From Candidatus Saccharimonadota bacterium (lineage in GTDB: Bacteria > Patescibacteriota > Saccharimonadia > Saccharimonadales > UBA10212), in contig JACPKG010000002.1 of NCBI GenBank assembly GCA_016187175.1, positions 12,922-76,921 of the forward strand: DNA of 64,000 nt, given 5' to 3'. This document shows, piece after piece, positions 57,870 to 64,000 of this stretch. Below the pieces are notes generated by a model. The model saw nothing but the letters and a program-made list of their open reading frames with translations. It was not told the origin of the DNA and did no database searches. Position numbers and translations under genes: made by a program. Numbering within the stretch: position 1 is the stretch's first letter; each line of letters starts with the position of its first letter.

Positions 57870-59390
57870 ATGAGCGATAAGTTAAAAAAGAAGTTAGCTA
57901 AGCTACCGGTCGTGCCAGGAGTTTACTTTTTTAAGAATGCGGGCGGCGAAATCATTTATATTGGCAAAGCGGCGAATTTGCGTAACCGCGTGCGGCAATA
58001 CTTCCACGCCAGGCCCTCCGCTTCGCGCAGGGTTGCTGACGCCAAAACAGCCGCCTTGGTCAAAGAAATTGCCGATATTGACTGGATTGAAGTTGAGACC
58101 GAGGTTGACGCCTTGTTTATCGAAGCCGAGATGGTCCGGCGCTATATGCCTTCTTACAACATTCTATTGCGCGATGATAAAAGCCTGCTTTATATACGCA
58201 TTGACTACAAAAGCGATTACCCGACTGTAAGCTTTACTCGCCGGCCGCTGGATGACGGCGCCCAATATTTTGGCCCCTATGTTAGCAGCTGGGAAGTCAA
58301 AAAGGCTCTGCGCTATCTGCGCCGGGCCTTTCCGTACGCTACTGCCAGACCCCTCAGCCAAGCCGCCAACCGGCGGAGGGTTAGCTTGCATTATCACTTA
58401 GGCCTTGATCCTGGCTTGGAAGAAGGCCGCACCTCGCTTGCCGCTTATCGGGCCAACCTTAGGAGGCTGATGAAGTACCTGCGCGGTCAGCGTACGGCAC
58501 TGACGTGCGAGATCGAACGTGATATGAAACACGCAGCCAAAACTAGAGACTTTGAACAAGCCGCCAAATTGCGCAATCAGTTGTTTACGTTGCAATCCCT
58601 GAACCGCCAGGTGATATTTTCGGATCGTGAAATGCTGGACGCCAGCAAGGATCAGGCGCTGATTGAAATCACCAAATTACTTGGGCTCGATAAGCCGCCT
58701 AAAAGGGTGGAAGGTTTCGATATTAGTCATATCCAAGGTACCCACAATGTCGCCAGCATGGTTGTTTTTATAAATGGCGTACCTTGTAAGACGGACTACC
58801 GCAAATTCAAGATGCGTCTAGCCGGCAATGACGATTTTGCCCATATGCAAGAGGTCGTTACTCGCCGCTTGCGTGATCCGAATCGTAAAAAGTGGGGGCT
58901 GCCGGATTTAATCTTAATCGATGGCGGCAAAGGCCAGTTAAGCGCCGCTATGACCGCTCGCGATCAGGCTGGCTTTCCACAAATACCGATGATCGGCTTG
59001 GCCAAAAGGGAAGAAGAAATCATCATCCGCCAGCCGGCGGACGAAATCGAAAGTCGAAAGTCGCCCATTCGACAAGCTCAGGGTAAAAAAGTCGAAAGGT
59101 TTGAGGTCATTAGTCTGCCAGAAAATTCGCATTTGGTTAAATTGTTGCAACGAATTCGCGATGAAGCCCATCGTTTTGCCGTTAGCTACCATACGACTTT
59201 GCGCCAAAAACGCCAAACCGCCAGCTTGTTGGAAAATATTCCAGGTGTTGGGCCAGCGACCCGCCAGAAACTTATCCGTCAATTTGGCTCCGCGCGGGCC
59301 GTAGTCAATGCTAGTGCAGATCAGCTGCAAAGAGTGTTAGGCGTCAAGACCGCTACAACAATCGCCAAGTTTTTGTCCCAACTAAAATGA
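57870..59390 (+). CDS. uvrC: Excinuclease ABC subunit C
   Basis: GVY..YIGKA, EGFDISH, PDLILIDGGKGQL, RDEAHRFA, HhH motifs. Confidence 0.95.
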   Translation: MSDKLKKKLAKLPVVPGVYFFKNAGGEIIYIGKAANLRNRVRQYFHARPSASRRVADAKTAALVKEIADIDWIEVETEVDALFIEAEMVRRYMPSYNILLRDDKSLLYIRIDYKSDYPTVSFTRRPLDDGAQYFGPYVSSWEVKKALRYLRRAFPYATARPLSQAANRRRVSLHYHLGLDPGLEEGRTSLAAYRANLRRLMKYLRGQRTALTCEIERDMKHAAKTRDFEQAAKLRNQLFTLQSLNRQVIFSDREMLDASKDQALIEITKLLGLDKPPKRVEGFDISHIQGTHNVASMVVFINGVPCKTDYRKFKMRLAGNDDFAHMQEVVTRRLRDPNRKKWGLPDLILIDGGKGQLSAAMTARDQAGFPQIPMIGLAKREEEIIIRQPADEIESRKSPIRQAQGKKVERFEVISLPENSHLVKLLQRIRDEAHRFAVSYHTTLRQKRQTASLLENIPGVGPATRQKLIRQFGSARAVVNASADQLQRVLGVKTATTIAKFLSQLK

Positions 59391-59397
59391 CAACCTG

Positions 59398-59462
59398 CCA
59401 ACGGCCCGCAGGTTTGAGCTGATACCGAGGACTGTTGGAGGTGCCTGGAACGGCAGGACCCG
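59398..59462 (+). repeat. Dispersed ~65-nt element, copy 2
   Basis: Near-identical to 20804-20871. Confidence 0.8.
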
Positions 59463-59487
59463 CCAGATTTGGTACAATTACTATTAA

Positions 59488-59852
59488 ATGCAGTATTTTC
59501 TAACTCATTTTGCTGTCCGCTGGTTGGTTTCGGCTTTAGGTCTTTGGGTCGCTGCTTCATTACTGGGACCTGATCGGTTGAGCGTTGGCGAGGGCTTGGG
59601 CACGGTAGTTGGCGCCGGCTTCTTTTTAGCGTTGGTTAATATGGCTCTTAAACCAATCTTGGTTATATTATCTTTTCCGGCCATTATCTTCAGCCTAGGC
59701 TTGTTTATGCTAGCTCTTAACGGCTTTTTGATACTAATTGCTAGCTGGCTATATAGCCCGCTTTATGTCAAGAATTTCGGTATGGCAGTAGTGCTGGTAT
59801 CATCGTGGGGCTGGTTAACTTTTTGGTAACTAAAGTTTTGGAGGAAACCTAA
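59488..59852 (+). CDS. Phage-holin-4/YvlD-family membrane protein with a frameshift near 59790
   Basis: LVN..LKPIL.ILS.P...SLGLF...LN motif; the expected last helix AGIIVGLVNFLVTKVLEET* is in another frame. Confidence 0.75.
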
Positions 59853-59946
59853 AAATGCAAAGCATTTTTAAGCAACAAACAACAAGCAACAAACAACAAG
59901 CTTTGTCCCTTGTTACTAGTTACTTGTTACTGCGAGCGGAGTTTGC

Positions 59947-60162
59947 ATGAACATTTGGAATTACATAACGATTGTTTCAGTTGTGCTACTGATTTTTCTG
60001 ATTTTAATTCAGACGCGTGGAGCTAGCCTGGGCGCTGGGCTAGGCGGCAGCGGCGAAGTCAACACCATCCGCCGCGGTTCAGATAAAACAATTCATCAGT
60101 TGACGATTATTTTGGTTATTATTTTTGCGGCCAGTATTTTGATGACTGTCGTGGCCAGCTAG
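59947..60162 (+). CDS. secG: Preprotein translocase subunit SecG
   Basis: ILIQTRGASLGAGLGG...RRG.DK between two TM helices. Confidence 0.9.
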   Translation: MNIWNYITIVSVVLLIFLILIQTRGASLGAGLGGSGEVNTIRRGSDKTIHQLTIILVIIFAASILMTVVAS

Positions 60163-60175
60163 CTCCCCTGCAAGT

Positions 60176-61972
60176 ATGAAACGACTGCCAATGGTGGATA
60201 ACGCGACCAAAAGGCGCTGGCGTCGCGGTTTCCGGCGCGGCCGCCAGGGAGCCGCCGAACTTAGCCAGCAAGCCGACCAACAGATCGAAAAATTGCTCCT
60301 GCGCCGTTTTGACCGACTGTTGTCAGTCCGGCGCTTTGTATTCTTGTGGATGCTGCTTTTTGTGGCCTTAATGCTTATCACAATTTTTCAGTACCGGGCT
60401 CTGTCACCTTATTATCAAAGCTTGCAGCCGCTGCCCGGCGGAATTTATAGCGAAGGCACCGTCGGGACATTTACCAACGCCAATCCGCTTTATGCTTCCA
60501 GTGCGCCGGATAGAGCTCTTAGCCGTTTGGTCTTTTCAAGCCTGCTGAAGTACGATACAGGCAATAATTTGGTTGGCGATCTGGCGCAAAGTTATGCTTT
60601 GGGACCCGCGCCAACGCACTACACCGTAAATTTAAAAAAGAATCTTACCTGGCATGACGGCCAAACGTTTACCTCAGCCGACGTTATCTTCACTTATAAA
60701 ACTATCCAGAATATCGAAGCCCAATCCTCACTCTATAACGCCTGGAAGGATATCACAGTGTCTGCGCCCGATGATTACACGGTCACATTTGACCTGCCCA
60801 ATCCTTTGGCGTCATTTCCGCATTCTTTGACCGACGGTATCATACCGGCGCATCTGTTAAAGGCCATTGCGGCTCCAGCTTTACGAAGTGCTCAGTTTAA
60901 TACAGCGCCTGTTGGCACTGGCCCGTTTGTTTGGAAATTTGTGGAAGTTTTAGGGTCGCCCACTACTGAGTGGCAACAGCGGATTAGCCTAGGGGCTTTT
61001 GACAAATATTCTGCTGGTAAACCAAAGCTGGACGGCTTTAATATTATTGCTTTTAACAGCGAAAAGCAGCTAATTAAGGCCTTCAAAAAAAAGCAGATTA
61101 ATGCCATGAGCGGGCTTGAATCATTACCCGAAGAGCTGGCCGGTGATGGCGGTTTACAAATTTACGTTACGCCGCAGACCAGCCTAGTCGCAGCCTTTTT
61201 TAACAACTCCCGTCCGGCTCTTTCTGATGTCAATGTCAGGCGCGGCTTGACTGCCGGTGTTGACAGGAGTCAGTTAATTAACCTAACCGGCAACCCTGTA
61301 GAACTGGCAGACGGACCACTGCTGCGCGGACAGCTTGGCTATAATGCCGGTCTTGTCCAACCTGGCTACAACCTGGAAGAAGCTAATAAATCCTTGGACA
61401 AGGCTGGCTGGACAGTGGGCGAAAAGGGTCTGCGATATAAAAACGGCCAAGTTTTGGAGATTTCACTGCGCTCTCAAGATACCCAGCAATACTCGCTACT
61501 GTCTCAGTTTTTACAGCAACAGTGGACTAAACTGGGGGTTCAGGTTAATGTCACTTACTATACTAGTGACGATTTGCAAAGCCAGATTGTGTCAACTCAC
61601 GATTACGATGTCTTAGTTTACGGCATTAGTATAGGCGCAGACCCCGACGTCTTTGCTTACTGGAACAGTTCACAGGCCAGCCTTACCTCTCAAGGCCGCT
61701 TAAACTTGAGCGAGTACAAATCCGGCACGGCCGATGAGGCTCTGGAAGCCGGACGTACTAGGACAGACACCAATCTACGGGTAGTTAAATATAAATCTTT
61801 CTTACAAGCGTGGATCAACGATGTTCCGGCGCTGGCGCTTTACCAGCCCAACTATATTTACATAATGCGCGGCCAGCTTTATGGCTATACTCGTAAAGCC
61901 AGCAACTCCGCCGCCGACCGTTTTTACAATGTCGATAATTGGATGATCCGCCAAAAACGCCAAACTAACTAA
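60176..61972 (+). CDS. Peptide ABC transporter substrate-binding protein (family 5)
   Basis: GDLA, WHDG..FTSADV.FT, PVGTGPF motifs. Confidence 0.88.
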   Translation: MKRLPMVDNATKRRWRRGFRRGRQGAAELSQQADQQIEKLLLRRFDRLLSVRRFVFLWMLLFVALMLITIFQYRALSPYYQSLQPLPGGIYSEGTVGTFTNANPLYASSAPDRALSRLVFSSLLKYDTGNNLVGDLAQSYALGPAPTHYTVNLKKNLTWHDGQTFTSADVIFTYKTIQNIEAQSSLYNAWKDITVSAPDDYTVTFDLPNPLASFPHSLTDGIIPAHLLKAIAAPALRSAQFNTAPVGTGPFVWKFVEVLGSPTTEWQQRISLGAFDKYSAGKPKLDGFNIIAFNSEKQLIKAFKKKQINAMSGLESLPEELAGDGGLQIYVTPQTSLVAAFFNNSRPALSDVNVRRGLTAGVDRSQLINLTGNPVELADGPLLRGQLGYNAGLVQPGYNLEEANKSLDKAGWTVGEKGLRYKNGQVLEISLRSQDTQQYSLLSQFLQQQWTKLGVQVNVTYYTSDDLQSQIVSTHDYDVLVYGISIGADPDVFAYWNSSQASLTSQGRLNLSEYKSGTADEALEAGRTRTDTNLRVVKYKSFLQAWINDVPALALYQPNYIYIMRGQLYGYTRKASNSAADRFYNVDNWMIRQKRQTN

Positions 61973-62012
61973 GAAACATACCCCTGTATTGATATAATTA
62001 ATCTGTCCGCGT

Positions 62013-62086
62013 GGCGCGTTGGCCGAGAAGTTAGGCATGGGTCTGCAAAACCCAGAAGACGGGAGCATTACCCGTACGCGCCTCCA
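62013..62086 (+). tRNA. tRNA-Cys(GCA)
   Basis: GGCGCGT/ACGCGCC-TCCA; TGGGT-CTGCAAA-ACCCA; atypical T loop AGCATTA. Confidence 0.88.
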
Positions 62087-62089
62087 CCC

Positions 62090-62175
62090 GGGCGGGTGGC
62101 GGAATTGGTATACGCGCAGCACTTAAAATGCTGTGCCCAAAAGGCTTGAGGGTTCAAGTCCCTCCCCGCCCACCA
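62090..62175 (+). tRNA. tRNA-Leu(UAA)
   Basis: GGGCGGG/CCCGCCC-ACCA; CAGCA-CTTAAAA-TGCTG; variable arm. Confidence 0.95.
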
Positions 62176-62235
62176 AACTATTGCGCGATTTTCAAATAAG
62201 CGTTATTGTAAAACTACAAAATAAACTGATGTGGT

Positions 62236-62353
62236 CCTTCGACCCATTCGACCAAGCTCAGGATCGTCCTGAGTACATCGAATGGACGACTTCGCTCAGG
62301 ATCCTTCGACGGTTCACCCTGAGCAAGGTCGCCAAGGCGATCGCGTCGAAGGG
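62236..62353. repeat. Cluster of nested TTCGAC...GCTCAGG palindromes
   Basis: CCTTCGAC...GCTCAGG and CCTGAGC...GTCGAAGG units; inner unit shared with 25336-25382. Confidence 0.8.
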
Positions 62354-62588
62354 TGGGTAGAGGGGAAACAAGATGGAGTGGACCTGGGATTCACCCATAG
62401 CGCTTGGTCTGTTCTTGTTGATGGTTGGCACAACACTAGTTTTAGTGGGTGTAGCCATCGCCGTCGTATCCGGTAAGGCGAAGGTTTCTGACCTACCAGC
62501 ACTATTTTTGTGGCGCCGCTAATCTCTTCTCGAGAATAAAAAATCCTCCCTGGCTGACGGCGGGGATTTTTTATTGGTTTGGAAGTAA

Positions 62589-63851
62589 CTATAGGCTTGA
62601 TCTGTTAAGCGATCTGCCTGCAAGCATTAACGGTAGTATTATAAGACCTAACAGACCTCCCATTAGCGCTAAAGTCGCATAACTACTGCCAACAACGACA
62701 AAACCGCTTCCCATCCCCCCGGCCGCACCAGCTAAGGAAACAGTCATATCAACCGAGCCTTGAATACGGGCACGTTTATTAATAGGGGCGGCTTGGGTGA
62801 CAGCCGCTGTTCCGGCAATTAGTCCAAAATTCCAGCCCAATCCGAGTAGTCCTAGCGCGACACCTAGTAGAGTGATAGAATTGACCGGCGCGGAGGCGGC
62901 CAATACTCCAGCAGCCAGCAAGGTTAGTCCGCCCGCAACCAGTACCCGGCGATAGCCTAAACGGTCAACTGCTAACCCAGTTAGCGGTGACGGCAGATAC
63001 ATGGCTGCAATATGGATTGAAATTACCAATCCGGCCGCCGCCAGGCTCTGCCCGTGAAGCACCATATGTATTGGCGTCATTGTCATTATCGCTATCATAA
63101 TCATTTGTGTGACCAGCATGGCTGTAGCCGCTAACCAGATTGTGCGTCTTGGATCGTTGCCGGCCGCCTGTTTCTGATCGTCCGGCTGTTGGGAAGAACG
63201 CAAAGCCAGGGCGCGAGCTGTCAATAGCGGATCAGGCCGCATCGAGGTAAAAACCACAATAGCAGCCAACCCATATGCAAGCGTGGCTAACATAAAAGGT
63301 CCAGCCAAGCCTCTTACGCCTATTGACTGAGCAACCCTACCTGTTAACTCGACAAGGTTTGGGCCAAGCACTGCGCCTGCGGTAGTGGCAACTAGCACCG
63401 TACTGATTGCCCGTCCTCTTTTAGACGGCTCAGCCAGATCTGCTCCAGCATATCTGGCTTGAAGACTAGTCGCTGTGCCTGAGCCATATAGAAAAAGCGC
63501 AATAAAAAGAAGGGGTAGAGAATTAATAATTGCAGCTAAGACTATGCCTGCGGCACCGATGGCTCCAACCGAATATCCCATACTAAGTCCGGTTCGACGG
63601 CCGTATTTTTGGGATAGGTTGCCTACAAGCTTGGCTGCCACTGCCGAACCTAAAGTAAAAAGTGCCGCCGGTAGACCGGATATTCCGGTTGAGCCAGTCA
63701 TGTCTTCGACAAGCAGGGCACCGACGGCTATTCCCGCCGCTAATCCGGCACCGGCCATCAGCTGAGAACCTAGTAGGACGCCGATCGTCCTTCGGTATAC
63801 TGTTTCTCTATTCGTTCCTGTTGCTGACACGCGAAGATCAATATCCATCAT
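62589..63851 (-). CDS. MFS transporter
   Basis: About 12 TM helices; YGRR.GL, QARYAGADLA, MTMTP.HM, DRLGYR motifs. Confidence 0.9.
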   Translation of the reverse strand: MMDIDLRVSATGTNRETVYRRTIGVLLGSQLMAGAGLAAGIAVGALLVEDMTGSTGISGLPAALFTLGSAVAAKLVGNLSQKYGRRTGLSMGYSVGAIGAAGIVLAAIINSLPLLFIALFLYGSGTATSLQARYAGADLAEPSKRGRAISTVLVATTAGAVLGPNLVELTGRVAQSIGVRGLAGPFMLATLAYGLAAIVVFTSMRPDPLLTARALALRSSQQPDDQKQAAGNDPRRTIWLAATAMLVTQMIMIAIMTMTPIHMVLHGQSLAAAGLVISIHIAAMYLPSPLTGLAVDRLGYRRVLVAGGLTLLAAGVLAASAPVNSITLLGVALGLLGLGWNFGLIAGTAAVTQAAPINKRARIQGSVDMTVSLAGAAGGMGSGFVVVGSSYATLALMGGLLGLIILPLMLAGRSLNRSSL

Positions 63852-64000
63852 TAAAGATAAAAGTAATACAGCCCTGCCTAAACTTCAACAAAAGTGTCGT
63901 AAACGGTCCCAATTTTTTGAAAGCATTACGAAAAACTTATATCTGCTAAGAGATAAAATCTCTCGCTGGAGAATTATACTAGAAGTCCCGTATCAGGAGT

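Noticed and set aside
62133-62502. Short ORFs after tRNA-Leu
   Set aside because: Translations of tRNA and palindrome DNA with no recognisable protein motif.
62470-62520. GGTTTCTGACC as a purine riboswitch core
   Set aside because: Lacks the P2/P3 stems and has no downstream gene on that strand.

Overview
Bacterial chromosomal window that looks like a Patescibacteria/CPR genome, most likely Saccharibacteria (inferred from gene repertoire, the short AlaS, the FtsA-like + baseplate-J-like + ruvX + mltG block, the tmRNA style and near-leaderless genes). It holds about 55 protein genes, mostly housekeeping (murB part, murD, folD, pgk, tpiA, pcrA, rsmA, metG, tatD, iscS, mnmA, alaS, ruvX, mltG, obg, sbcB, uvrA, rplY, uvrC, secG), six intact tRNAs, two tRNA relics and tmRNA. 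Three things stand out. (1) Two very high-GC cassettes (about 8660-10830 and 22830-23650) share one architecture: a long 5' RNA hairpin, strong Shine-Dalgarno (SD) sites, actinobacterial-type codon usage, a structured 3' tail, and a 3' segment complementary to the first SD. One cassette sits behind an apparent leader-peptide attenuator. (2) Two REP-associated tyrosine transposases (RAYT) are each flanked by their own palindrome. Exact or near-exact copies of those palindromes, plus other palindrome families, lie in frame inside rsmA, mnmA, uvrA, uvrC, metG and iscS. (3) A divergent F1-like ATPase operon has no a subunit and a c-like hairpin, lacking the ion-binding carboxylate, fused to an extracellular domain. 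All calls come from reading the sequence by eye; no searches, alignments or folding programs were run, and GC values are estimates.
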